This document shows, piece by piece, positions 24,707 to 37,024 of a stretch of DNA of 64,000 nt. The translations under genes were made by a program, and so were the position numbers. Source of the DNA: Tubiluchus corallicola (lineage: Eukaryota > Animalia > Priapulida); the NCBI GenBank assembly GCA_030141605.1, contig JAQGDQ010000464.1, forward strand, positions 117,101 through 181,100, in the 5' to 3' direction. A model generated the notes under the pieces. It did no database searches. It was not told where the DNA came from and was given only the letters and a program-made list of their open reading frames with translations. Each line of letters starts with the position of its first letter. The stretch's first letter is position 1.

Positions 24707-25361
24707 NNNNNNNNNNNNNNNNNNNNNNNNNNNNNNNNNNNNNNNNNNNNNNNNNNNNNNNNNNNNNNNNNNNNNNNNNNNNNNNNNNNNNNNNNNNNNN
24801 NNNNNNNNNNNNNNNNNNNNNNNNNNNNNNNNNNNNNNNNNNNNNNNNNNNNNNNNNNNNNNNNNNNNNNNNNNNNNNNNNNNNNNNNNNNNNNNNNNNN
24901 NNNNNNNNNNNNNNNNNNNNNNNNNNNNNNNNNNNNNNNNNNNNNNNNNNNNNNNNNNNNNNNNNNNNNNNNNNNNNNNNNNNNNNNNNNNNNNNNNNNN
25001 NNNNNNNNNNNNNNNNNNNNNNNNNNNNNNNNNNNNNNNNNNNNNNNNNNNNNNNNNNNNNNNNNNNNNNNNNNNNNNNNNNNNNNNNNNNNNNNNNNNN
25101 NNNNNNNNNNNNNNNNNNNNNNNNNNNNNNNNNNNNNNNNNNNNNNNNNNNNNNNNNNNNNNNNNNNNNNNNNNNNNNNNNNNNNNNNNNNNNNNNNNNN
25201 NNNNNNNNNNNNNNNNNNNNNNNNNNNNNNNNNNNNNNNNNNNNNNNNNNNNNNNNNNNNNNNNNNNNNNNNNNNNNNNNNNNNNNNNNNNNNNNNNNNN
25301 NNNNNNNNNNNNNNNNNNNNNNNNNNNNNNNNNNNNNNNNNNNNNNNNNNNNNNNNNNNNN
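24707..25361. other. Assembly gap (N run)
   Basis: Flanks match copy 2 at 40291 and 40946, whose spacing is essentially the gap length. Confidence 0.95.
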
Positions 25362-27440
25362 GTGTCATAGGCGGAGTATTGGGTTTGTTAGAATGGGTAC
25401 CGCGGGGTGGTTTAGCCTTGGTAGAAGTTGGTTTGGTGTTTATAAGACGGGGGCAACATGCTGTCTTAATTTTCGTACGACAAGTCACATAAATTATAAT
25501 AAAGATTATAATAAGTGCTATAAATAAGTATGTTGTCAATGATGCACCCTTATGATTGGAAAAGTCAACCGGTTTGGTTTTGAATAATTCATCAGTGTGG
25601 TCCAAAAACTTCTGTCGTTTTAATAAGAGATTTTGACTACCTTTAAGAGAAAAGTCAAGTGGTTCATCCTCTGTCATTCGTGACGGCAGAGCTTGCAGTG
25701 TTTGAAGTGTTCCTATCGTAAAATTACTTCCTAATAAATCAACGTTCCAAGTACTTAAATTAAGTGCCGTATCTAAGATTGTTTGGATGTCCGTTTGAGT
25801 TAAAGTAAGGTCTGAATGATTCTTAAAATATATTGGTAAATTTGCATATTTAGAAGATAGGCCACACCCTGATTCTAACTGCAGGATCATCGGGTTCTTG
25901 ATGGTGAGGGGGGTGCCAATCTTATGAGCCTGGCGGGGTACGTAACAAGATTTTATGGCTTGAATTTCAAAACTCGGGCTAATATAATAAGTATTCTCAG
26001 TTAGAGGTATAATAACTGGTCCAAGTTTATTAATAATTCTTGCTCGTTGATCACAAAATAAATCTATTTTAATAGTGTCCTTGAAAAACAATGCCGCTGT
26101 ACATGATTCTATTCTATCTGCAGGAAAAATTGGCGTTGGTGCTAACTTACAGATACGTTTTGGGCTTTGAATACAAGCAAAGGCTTCATCTTTGGCTGGG
26201 AAAAAATATAGTGACTGCTCAATATTCGTAGCAATATACTGATGATCAATTTGGTTATATAGATAAACAGGTTTATTAATATTGGTTGATGTCCGACGGA
26301 CTGGGATCGATATTGCTTCAAAAATTTGATAGATGTGATTGACATGATATAAATCTAATGTTGTTAGGATAGCAAACCCTCCGGGAATTTGAATAGGTAA
26401 TGCCGACATTGTTTCGTAATAATAGAATAATTGATTATTTATATCGGCTGGAAATATTAGGCTCTGTGGTAGCTGGTCCTCAATTTGTTTAAGAGACTTT
26501 TGAAGGTGTATAGGGGTTATTAAAGTTGGGGGTAATTTATTAAGAATTAGTTGATGTAAACCTTGGGATAACGAATTCAATTCTTGATCAATGATTTCTA
26601 AGCTATAGATAAAGTGATCAAACAGCAAATTTGTTTGCAAGAATGTAAACAATTTATGTTGAGTTTTAGTCAAGTCATCAGTAAACTGTTTTGACAGTTT
26701 GTTAATGTAATGTCGAGTTTGAACTGATGCGTTCACTAAGTCATAAATTAACTCTGTATTTCTAGCAGAGCGAATTAGCGAGCTATTGATAAGGGCTAGG
26801 TTATTTTCTAAAATATCTTGCGTGTTTTGTTGCGTATTAAAGATACTCGTAATCTGATCTTGAAGATTTCGAAGATCTTCTTCACTCGCGGTTCCGATTA
26901 AAAATTTGAATGCCTTTCCTAGATTCGGAAAAATGCTTCGTTTGACGACGTGAGATTCATGGGCAGACGAGGCTATTAAATTCTTAATGGAATTTAAACG
27001 AAATTGTTGATTTCTGATTCTATTTTTAATAGCAGTTTTAAAGGCTTTAATCACTGTGACAGGTTTTTTAATTAATCTTAATTGTTGAATTTCGGAAAGC
27101 GTTCTAGTGAGAAATTCTTGAATGTGGTCCAACTGTATCGGCGCAATAAGTAGCCATCTTGCATTAGAAACTGGAGTATTTAATTTCTGTTTAAATATAA
27201 CCCCTGGGCCTGTTTTAAAGGGAGCTGGATTTGGGAATGATTGTAAGGAATTAGAATGTACAGATTTAAGAATATTGCCAATATTAGGATTTTGTATAAA
27301 AGGTTTGTAGTACTGGTCCTGGAAAAAAAATTCAAAAGGAATATTATTCAGGTTGTCCTATACAGATCATTTCTATGACTCTAAATTAGTAAGGTTAGAA
27401 TAAATTTAAGATAAACTTACGTATTTCCTGAAAGTTCCAT
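25362..27440 (-). CDS. env: env (class I F-type fusion glycoprotein), copy 1; exon 27421-27440 plus exon from 27318; 1-nt deletion near 27255; C-terminus lies in the gap
   Basis: Furin-like VVKR|SIFPNLGKAFKFLIGTA fusion peptide, heptad region, Cys-rich region and TM YLFIALIIIFIIIYVTC. Copy 1 reads ttagaatgtac versus ttagagatgtac in copy 2. Confidence 0.88.
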
Positions 27441-28141
27441 ACTCTTTTTTTTTTCACAAAAATTCAAATTATGAGATGGTGAGATTAACATGTATTCACA
27501 GCAAAAATTATTAAGATTAATGTGTATTCAAGGCAAAATTATCTTAACGTCTATTCAGAGTCCCTTACTATAAGAAAAATCTGGATGAATGGATTTAGTA
27601 GGTAACGGACAGTTATTTTAAAGGTGTATCCCTGGCGCATGTGCGCATGCGTAAATAAGTGTGGCTCAATTAACAATCTCGACTTATTTGGTGAGTCTTG
27701 AAATCCGATCAGCGTTGATCAAAGGGGGGCGAGTGAAGCACGTGTCCACTTGCAATAATTTTGGCCTGGACAGCTAATAGTAAAAACAATTCATCTTTCT
27801 TCTTAAAGCCAGTTAATGTCCGTGGGAAAAGATTTTGCAGTCCCCTTTCTCAGGATAAGTTGTAGATCAGAATGGTCGTTAAGCTTCGGTTTTGCGTCTA
27901 GGGTTTTCACTATTAGTACTTTTATCGCTTAGTAATGAGCATTGGGGCCCAAACGGAGTCAAATTCTATACGCAGTATACGAAAGTTCCCAGGCCTCTCA
28001 CATAAAAGAGACTTGCAGTTGTTGGTCAGTCCCTCTTCGTAATTTCTGTTCGTGTGGTCAAGGCGTCTTAATCAGTTGTGCAAAGTATTCAGTTTTTTTT
28101 CTAGTTTCACCAGTTTTACTAGTTTCAAAATAATAATAAAA

Positions 28142-28696
28142 ATGGAATGTGAAGTACCGAGAGATGCCTACTTATTGGCAGTAGAGCTCGAAATTACGAG
28201 CGGGAACTTTTACGATGTTTTGGATGAACGGGCACAGTTGCATGACCAACTTAGTCGTGCTCTAAAAATGACGTACTTGCCTGGCACATGCGAGCTTTTC
28301 TGCGGCAAGTCCATCATTGATGGAGTAAGTAATGGTTTTTTTTTTGTTTTGTTTTTTTTTTTTGAGGTAAGGACTATTATGTTAAAATCACTAGATTGCT
28401 AATTCTGCAGTTAAAAGAAAATTTGTCTCGAGGACTTTTAATAAAGATTTATATTCCTTTTACAGGAAGAACTAGTGGTGCTAAAACTGAGCAGTATTCA
28501 TGGGATGCCAGTTATGGCAAATTTACTGACCAAATACGCGCCCGGCCGGGTCCGCTTTATCAACCGAGAGAATTTTTGTATCTGCACCGCGGCACATAAC
28601 ATAATAACAATATGGGACCTGGCACGGGTGATGAGAGTATATAAACGCAACTGGGAGGAGGGAACGGAAGAAAGGTGGTTAGCGGTGAAGTGCTAA
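28142..28696 (+). CDS. Antisense two-exon gene of unknown function (137 aa); exons 28142-28324 and 28466-28696
   Basis: AAAATGG start, GGA|gtaagt donor, ttccttttacag|GAA acceptor, phase 0-0, exons GC-richer than the intron. MECEVPRDAYLLAVELEITSGNFYDVLDERAQLHDQLSRALKMTYLPGTCELFCGKSIIDG-EELVVLKLSSIHGMPVMANLLTKYAPGRVRFINRENFCICTAAH... Confidence 0.65.
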
Positions 28697-30469
28697 GAAA
28701 AGTGGAAAATTAAAAAAAAATTTAAAAAAAATCCTAAAATTTGAAAAGAAAAAAAAATATTTATCCTTTATGTGGACATATCATATATATATAGAAGTGT
28801 GACTATGCATTATGGATCAAGGCGGATCGCAAGGAAGGTATGTTTGTATTTAGCATCATAAGTCATTATACAATAATCGAATATTCGCTGATTAGAGTCT
28901 ACAAGGAAAATACCTTTTTTTTTCTACTGCATGAAGAATTACTAATTTGGTGATAATACTCTGCGTTGATGAGTCCGCGCGTTCGGTTTTAACAGACACT
29001 TGTCTAGACTATATATAATCTTTTATCATTGTCTAGTGATGCGCGTAATTTGCCGTAATTAACTAGGGGTGAGTTGAATTATAGCTAAACGTGAGATGGA
29101 TTATATTTTCTGACAGTTAGTTGGTTTTAACTTTCTCGTAAATGGTCGTTAGAATTTAAAATGTATAAGTTATAAATGGTCATTTTTATCCGTTTTGAAA
29201 TGATTGTAGTAATTAAAACTCTAGACTAAAACGTTTGATCAATACATTTATTCAAGTCGGTTATCTGAATTAGAAATTCCGAGTTTAATCTAGCTATAAT
29301 CTTAGTTTAATATGTTGGTTATTCGTTCTAGTACTTCAATGGGGCTTGTTGAATAGAAATTCTTTTTATAGAGTAATACAGCGTAAATGTTCGTTGCTGT
29401 GTTAAGTATTTATTTAATTACACTTAGTGATATACCGTAAGATATCCTCCTAATGTCGATAAAACAATATCTAAATACTCTTTTTGAAATATTCTTTAAA
29501 ATCGTTACAGCAATACACAATTATTCTGTCAATCATTAGAACGTTGTGCAAATATTCTTGAATCATTTAAGCAATATCCCTCTCTGGAACTTGTGTAGTT
29601 GTTAAGTAAATTTATACGCTACATTATCTGAAGGGAAGCGCATTAAATAAAAGTCTCTGAGTGTCTTTAGGCGTGGTAAGCCCCAGTGTAAGTTTATGTG
29701 ACGTTTAGAAGCATAACATTGGGCGTCATTCACGGGGGGCCATTTTATGGGCTAAGACTTTTAGCGCTCATATGGTTCGTTGCCGTGTATGTACCCAGCA
29801 TGTATCAGTAGGAATGAAACACGATCTTTATATGGCTTCTAGGAGAGAAGTATTCTTAAAGCTTGGGAATCCTGGGTCGTAAATTACGAAAGTGAAAGTC
29901 ATGAATGAAACACGACGCCTGCGTGGCTCAGCGCGGTTTCTTAGTGAAACTTCTTAAGAGTCCGCGTGTCATAAATTAAGAAAATGAAAGTCTGATCGCC
30001 TTCTATGTAAAGTCATGAGTGAGGGGGGGGGACGGCTTCATGTTAATGTTCGTAATGTACTTACCGATATATATTCTTGTGGTGTTAAGTCGTGTCCGGG
30101 CTTGAACTGGTACTAAATGTTTTGAACTCATACTAAATGTTTTAATAAAATAGTTGCATGAACAGCCTCGATATGCATAAGCATGCCGTATGTGACATTT
30201 AAACGTCACACACGGGAAATGCTCTCCCGGGAATCGAAAAATGTTCATACTCTAAACACTTTCGTTATACATAAAACTTGTACTTACCTTATACATAAAG
30301 AAACATGATTGATGACGTTCTCGTCCTTAAAATGGTACTATTCTATTTTATAACACTAAGGTATTACCTTATAATATAAAAATGCTTTGATTGTAACAGT
30401 AATATTAAACGTTAAAGTATGACCTTATAATACATGGTAACTTTAACTGTAACATTAATATTATTTTAG

Positions 30470-33400
30470 TTATTGTTTGCAAAATTTTCGGCGTAATGTT
30501 TTAAAGATGCCTGGTTTTTGCAACTTAATTAAATTAATTCTGGCACGCTTACCAGGCGTGTCGGCGTCTGATGAGCGTTTTATAGAACGGTTTGCGAGGG
30601 GGGGAATTAAGTTGTCTACTGGCATTGCATAATCTGTTTCGGTTTGAATTAAATTCTCCTCTTCCATCGGATCTATACGTTCTAAAGTTGGCAAAGAATG
30701 AAGTGTAGAATTTGACGAACTGGGTGAAATGTTAGGTTGAGGTTGGGGTTCATTTTCATAGAAATCCAAGTTCGGGGGCGGGGTTGCGATGGGGGTTTGG
30801 TCAGGTTGGATCTCATTTATTAGGTTATTTGAATCAGTGTCTGAAAGAGTTTCCGGGACGTAATGTAATGTGGATTTTCGTTTTGAAGTTCGCTTGGAAT
30901 GCGACGACGTTCCTGTTGGTAGCAGCCATTGATTTCCTTGCAAATTTGCCTTTCGTAACCGGTTTGGGTGCACTATTTTAAACTTGCCTGTGTTATTATG
31001 GACAATTCTAAGACGGGATTCATCAATTTTATTAACTATTACATAATATGGGGCCCACGGTCGACATAGTTTATGTGATTCAGCAGGGTCTAAATTACCT
31101 TTACGTAAGAAAACTGGATCACCAATTTTGAAAAGAGGTATATGCGTATTTTTATCATAGCGTTTTTTGTGGGCTAGACGATTTTTATGCATCAGTTGTC
31201 GGGTTTGCAGAAAGGCTTCATGCAAACGATTTAGATCCAGTCTAATTGGATCAGATCCGTAATATTTAGATCTAAGTTGAAGGATATTATCGAGTGGCAA
31301 ATCGCAGTGGCGATTATATATTAAAAAAAATGGACTGTACCCCGTTATTGAATTTGGAGTTGTTCTAAGGGCGAATAATACATGCGGCAGATATTTAATC
31401 CAATCTGTGGACTTTTGTTGACAAACATATGCTAATTGTTGGATAATAGTGCGATTAGCGCGTTCAACTTGGCCTTGTGAATTCGAGTGGTACGGTGTTC
31501 CTAATACTTGAACAACCCTGAATTCTTTTAGTAAAGCTTTTAATAAAGCATTATTGAATTCTGTTCCCTGATCACTGAAAAAGGTTTTACTTGCTCCGTG
31601 ACGAGAGAAATATTCTGTAAGGATGACATTAGCAACTGAGTTAGCTGATTTATCAATTAAAGGAAAGGCCTCTATCCAGCTACTTAATTGATCTATTAAA
31701 ACTAGTAAATATTTATAACCAGATTCTGTCTGGGGTAAAATTAAGATATCCAAATATACATTTTCAAAGGGTTTACTGGCTAATTCTGTGATACCTAAAG
31801 GTTTACGATGCGGTCTCATACGCCGTGTTTGACAGTTCAAACACTGATCTACATGTTTCTTAATTTGTACAAACATGCCGGGCCAGTAATATCGTTTCTT
31901 CAGACGCTCATATGTTCTTTTTACTGAAGAATGTCCAGCAAATTCGTCATGAAAGCCTCTAATTAAAATACTTGTTAATTTCGCTGGAATGGCTAACCGT
32001 AAATTTTCCTGTTCTAAATTAATGGAGTCATTTTCAACTTTATACAATAATCCCTGCTCATCAATGTAGAAATTTTCTGCATGTTTTGTTTGAATATCAG
32101 TTTCTGTAGGTGAGGTTAAGGCATGAATAATTGGTGCTAATTTAGGATCTGATAATTGCCATTGCTGTACTGTCGTTAGATCTAAAGGTAATCCATCGAA
32201 TTCGTCCAGGTCATGTTCAGTTTCACCTTGTTCTAATTGAGTGGCTGGGTTGTCCGATGAGGAGGTTTCTTGTGCTGGTAATGGAATTTGAGTTGGAGCG
32301 TTTTCATTGCCAGCTGATTCGACCGTTGGTCTGTTTAACAATGGGTCTTCACCTGTCCAAATATTTTCTTCTAAAATGTTACCCTCTATAGGTAGTACCT
32401 TTTTAATTATTGTCTGATCTGAGTAGTTTTCTAATTCAGTTTGACCTGACATTTGTTGGCTGATTTGGGCAATCATCTCTGTACTTTTAATACCTTTACT
32501 GCGCTCTGAAGTAGATTTCTGATCTACTAAGTATTTATATTTCTCTGCTAATCTTTCAGGCGAATTATATTGTAGAAACTGTTGTTGAAAATCCCTAAAG
32601 GATATTGGGAGCGTTCCTATAAAATCTGGACATGCAGGTAGTCGACTTAACGCGTCTGCAACTGTGTTTTCTGAACCTTTTTGGTAATAAATATTAATAT
32701 TATACTGTAATAGCTCAACTACCCATCGAGACAGTAATTGATTCATTAATTTAGCACCTGTAAACAAATAAATTAACGGTGCATGGTCCGTATAAACATC
32801 GATTTTTGGCGCGTTATATAGATATGTTTTAAATTTTCTAAAGCTAGCTACGATGGCGTATGCTTCCTTTTGAAATGTAGGCCATAATCTTTGTGAGCTG
32901 TTTAGTGTTTCCGACATGTACGCGATCACTCCGATATTTCCAGCTGCATCTTCTTGCGAAAGAACAGCGCCTATGCCAAAGTTCGAACTATCGGTATGGA
33001 GAATATAACCTGTATTAGTCTCCGGATATTTCAAGATTGGTGCTTCAGTTAAAACTGTTTTCAGTTTGTCAAAAGCCTCTTGTTGTAAATGTGTCCATTT
33101 AAACGAATTTTCTTTCCTTAATAACATTAATAATGGTTCAGCTATTATCGCAAAATTTTTGACGAATTTGCGATAATAAGTGGCTAGACCTAAAAAAGTT
33201 CTTAGCTTTTTAATATCTGTAGGTGGTGAAACATTCTTAATAGCTAACACCTTTGCCGGATCTGTGGCAATGCCTTGTTCAGACAAAACGTGGCCTAAAT
33301 ATTTAATAGATTTTTGTAAGAAAAAACATTTCCTGGGTCGGCATTTTAAATTTGCTTTCCGTAATCTCAAAAATAAATCTTCTAAATCGGAAAAATGGGT

Positions 33401-33965
33401 TTCAATATCCGGACTGCAACAGACAAGGTCGTCTAGATAAGCAATTAAGCGTCTCCTACCCGTGGGTGTTATTAAGTCACGTGAAAGGCGGTCTACTAAT
33501 CTGGAAAATGTAGCTGGTGCATTCTTCAAACCAAAGGGCATTTTTGTAAATTGGAATAAGCCATACGGGCTGACAAAGCTTGTAAAAGGTTGACTGTCGG
33601 GTTCAACTGGTATCTGAAAATATGCATTTGTCATATCTAGAGAGGAGAATATACTAGCACCTTTTAATTCTTTAAATAATGTTTCGACGTTCGGTTGTGG
33701 GTAGGGGTCAGGGAGTGTACGTGCATTGATTTGTCTCAAATCTACACATAATCTCTTCCCTCCATCTTTTTTTGGAACTAACAGAATGGGACTTGCATAA
33801 CTAGAATTCTCAGCTGGGACTATGACTTTTGCCTTTAACATAGTGTCTATAGCCTGTTTAACCACTGATTCCAAATTTATAGGTATAGGGTACGGTTTAG
33901 CGTGATAAGGTGTATAATCTGTCATTCTTATTTTAAATTCAATTTCCGACGTACCGGGGCGTCTA
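30470..33965 (-). CDS. pol: pol: reverse transcriptase, RNase H, integrase
   Basis: RLCVDLRQIN, MPFGLKNAPATF, YLDD; TDSSNFGIGAVL, TDHAPL, NTVADALSR; H-X5-H..CLNC; LDIL..SDQGTEF..GQVERANRT. Frame is open ~40 nt upstream of the ATG at 33925. Confidence 0.97.
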
Positions 33966-35279
33966 TGGGATCTTCAGCAAAACAATCTGCATATTTAAGA
34001 AGCAATTTAGTGAGTCTTTCCTTAAGTACGGGATCTGTAATGTTATCTAATTTTAATTCTTTTAGTAAGCTTTCCGATGACATCATACGAACGAATTGTT
34101 GTTTAATATGCTTTTGTAGCCGTTTCCGTCTTCGTTTATTTGAAGTAGGTTTAGCTTCTATATTTTCATCAATGGAATGTATTATATTTGGAGTATTATA
34201 CAAGATGGCTTCAGTCTTGTAAGGTGTCTGTTGTAATCTGTAATCTTGTGGTGGTCCGTATTTCGTCACATGGTCCAGTGTCTGAACGTGAAGTCTACGA
34301 ACATATTTTGGCAAGGAATTTCCCTTATCCGTTGTATTTATTTTAGGGAAAATTTCATTCTGAAGTTGCGAAGCTATTTGTTGTATCGAGTTCATAACTT
34401 CCGTGCATTTAGCAATATTTGAAACTTGATACATAACTGTTGGGTCTTGTTCAACTGCAAGACTTAAAATGTCATTCCGAGATACGATTACATCCTTTTC
34501 ACCGTCATTGTATAAGGGTACATAAACTTGTTTCTTATACATATTCACAATACTGGGAACTATGTCACATGTGGTTTCTTTATAAATAGGTAATACGTTC
34601 GCTTTAAGGAGTTCTAAAGTATGAACGCATTCATCATTCTTATGAAAATTTCCTGTGATATACGCCTTGCCAAGTGCACAAGATTTTGGGGGAATTAATA
34701 AAGCAGTGGCGGCTTTGACCAAAAAGATGCGTTTTTCGCTCGGGGGAGCTAATTTAAGTACCTCTTGATTTATGACTAAAATTCCGTTGGCAATATCTAT
34801 TGCTGCTTGGGTGTTTTTGAAAAAGTTATAACCTAAAATTACAGGTTTTGAAAGTTGATCTACGATATAAAACAAATTTTCCAATTTCTGTTTTCCTATG
34901 GTAACAGTTAAAATGCATTTACCTAATATTTTTAACGTGCTTTTTGAAGCAGTATTTAAAACAAAATTATCTTCAGGGGACGTAAGGGTTTTTTGTACTT
35001 CTGTTGGGAGTTTATGGAAAGTGGTGCTATCTAAAACACTAACTTCTGCTCCTGTATCTAAGATAGCTGTACAAGGATAATCATGAACTTTAATATTACA
35101 AAATGGAGCCGTCGTTTCTATGGATGCAATAGAAATATATTTTGTTTCTGAAACAGTTTGTTGAAATTTAGACTTGTCGGGTGCATTAAAAGAAGAATTG
35201 GAATAATTCGGTCTAGGATCATGCGACCACTCTGACGACCGATAATTTTCATGAATGGTCGCTTTTAGTTTGCCGTTCT
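33928..35279 (-). CDS. pro: pro: aspartic protease plus spacer domain (-1 frame relative to gag)
   Basis: AILDTGAEVSVLD at ~35030-35070 and VILGYNFF; frame is open from the gag 3' end to TAA at 33928. Confidence 0.9.
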
Positions 35280-36593
35280 CCTATTAAAATTGCCGGATTG
35301 TTTTTCCCTATTAAACCTAGGAATAAATGGTCTATTATTCTGAAATCTGAAATTCGGGGCGTTTTCTCTAGGCATCCATGACGCGCGTTGATTGAAGTTG
35401 TTATTTCTATTCGTAGCGCGCGGTTGAAACCTGAAACCTGTGTTCGGTCGTTCGTTGTAGAACTGTCTATTATTAAAGTTATTAAAATTACGTTGAAATG
35501 GAGCGTTAGGTCGATTGGTTGTCCGAAATTGTCGGTTATTATTATTATTAAAACCCGTTGGTACAAATTGACGTCCTTTACCGAATCTTGCTGGTTGATT
35601 TTGTGTTGGTTTTGCCAAAGTAGCGACAGTTTTATTAAGAGAACATACCGATTCTTGTACGTTGCTTAAAACTTGTCCCTGTTTAAGTAATGAATCTGCA
35701 AACAGCTGCAATGTATGGGGAGTCATGTCTGAGGGGTCTTCATGAAGTTCTTGTGAAATTAGATCAACTTCCATAGGTTCTGAATTATCTGGAAAACACG
35801 ATCTAAGATATTGGCACATCTCCACGGGGGCTCCCCTGTTAGCGGCTTCTGTGATTGCCAAAGTTAGAGTTCGGGGAGGCTCTCTAAGTAAGTATTGACG
35901 TGCCTGGTCCCCTCGTATACCCAGTGTAAATAATTGTACCAAAAATGATTGAAAGGCTGGGTCTACTATTTCATCTTCTGACGTTTTTGCTATTCTTGCT
36001 AATTTGAGTATCCTGTCGCCAAAAGCCTGTATGGTCTCCCCCTTCTGTTGCCTAGCTCGAGTTAATCCAATGAAAGCCTTATTAATTTCTAGTCGGTCCG
36101 CGTATAGGTCTCTTAGGGCGTTTCGTAATTCCTGTGCTGTTCTCGTCTCGAGATTTGGGTATTTACTCACAAAGTTTGCGGCTGCCCCTGTAATAGTGCC
36201 CAAAATTAAATGCTTGTAGGCGGTGTCCCTTGATGTCAATAATGTAGGAGTTAAGTTTAGAGACTGCTCTATATTATCAATCCAATCTCTATATTTGAGA
36301 GTGCCGGGTTCTCCTGAAAATTTCGGTAAGTGTTGAATTTGGTGGATTAATGTTTGTTGTACTTTAGTGTCTTTTAGATGAGTGCCCAATTCACATAAAA
36401 ATTGGGTCTGATCACTAGCCCGTTTCAAATCACCTATTCTTTCTCCTTGTTTTAAAATCTGAGCAGCTTGGGTTTGTAAGATTTTATCACTATTCTCGCA
36501 TCTTTGACTCAACTCATGAAATTGATTTGCTAAAGCATTATAGGTATCAATAGACACATGCTGAGCTTCAGGTGCTGGAGATTTAGTCGCCAT
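35265..36593 (-). CDS. gag: gag (442 aa)
   Basis: N-terminal coiled coil, LPKFSGE, RQQKGETIQAFGDRI and F..GIR capsid motifs, EPMEVD motif, N/R/F-rich tail; no CCHC knuckle. Confidence 0.92.
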   Translation of the reverse strand: MATKSPAPEAQHVSIDTYNALANQFHELSQRCENSDKILQTQAAQILKQGERIGDLKRASDQTQFLCELGTHLKDTKVQQTLIHQIQHLPKFSGEPGTLKYRDWIDNIEQSLNLTPTLLTSRDTAYKHLILGTITGAAANFVSKYPNLETRTAQELRNALRDLYADRLEINKAFIGLTRARQQKGETIQAFGDRILKLARIAKTSEDEIVDPAFQSFLVQLFTLGIRGDQARQYLLREPPRTLTLAITEAANRGAPVEMCQYLRSCFPDNSEPMEVDLISQELHEDPSDMTPHTLQLFADSLLKQGQVLSNVQESVCSLNKTVATLAKPTQNQPARFGKGRQFVPTGFNNNNNRQFRTTNRPNAPFQRNFNNFNNRQFYNERPNTGFRFQPRATNRNNNFNQRASWMPRENAPNFRFQNNRPFIPRFNREKQSGNFNRRTAN

Positions 36594-37004
36594 TGAGAAA
36601 GTTTAATAGAGATTAAATTTAAGAAATCTATTTGCGCTGCGCAATTTACAGTGCATTATAGGATTAATCTTTACAACCCTCCAATATCTTGATATTCAAG
36701 TTAGAGTTACAACCCTCCAAAATGTTTGATATACAAGTTAGAGTTTATCTACAACCCTCCTTGACTTTAAAATACAAGCAACCGTTATCTCTTACACTCA
36801 CTGACACAACCAGGAAAGGTACATAAGTAAAATATTAGGGTGGAGAAAGAACGTGCATGTACTCACGACAAAGTTGTAGACGTCAAGATGTGTGGCAGAT
36901 CAATTACGTCAATAAACAGCTTTATTCATGTTTGCTTGGATCAGCGCGGTTGTGGACGCAATGAAGCCAGGTTACTAGAATCTCTCTCCGTGTAGAAAAA
37001 TCGG

Positions 37005-37024
37005 AACTGGTCACAAGTACCAGT
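37005..37024 (-). promoter_or_regulatory. Primer binding site
   Basis: Minus strand ...TTTAC-TGGTACTTGTGACCAG; the TGG shares its T with the LTR end. Loosely like tRNA-His PBSs, but tRNA identity is not established. Confidence 0.7.

Noticed and set aside
24679-25527. Long ORFs of X residues (also 49121-49952)
   Set aside because: Artefacts of N gaps.
34440-34730. dUTPase-like domain between protease and RT
   Set aside because: Only a vague beta-rich resemblance; catalytic motifs are not recognisable and such spacers are common in gypsy pol.
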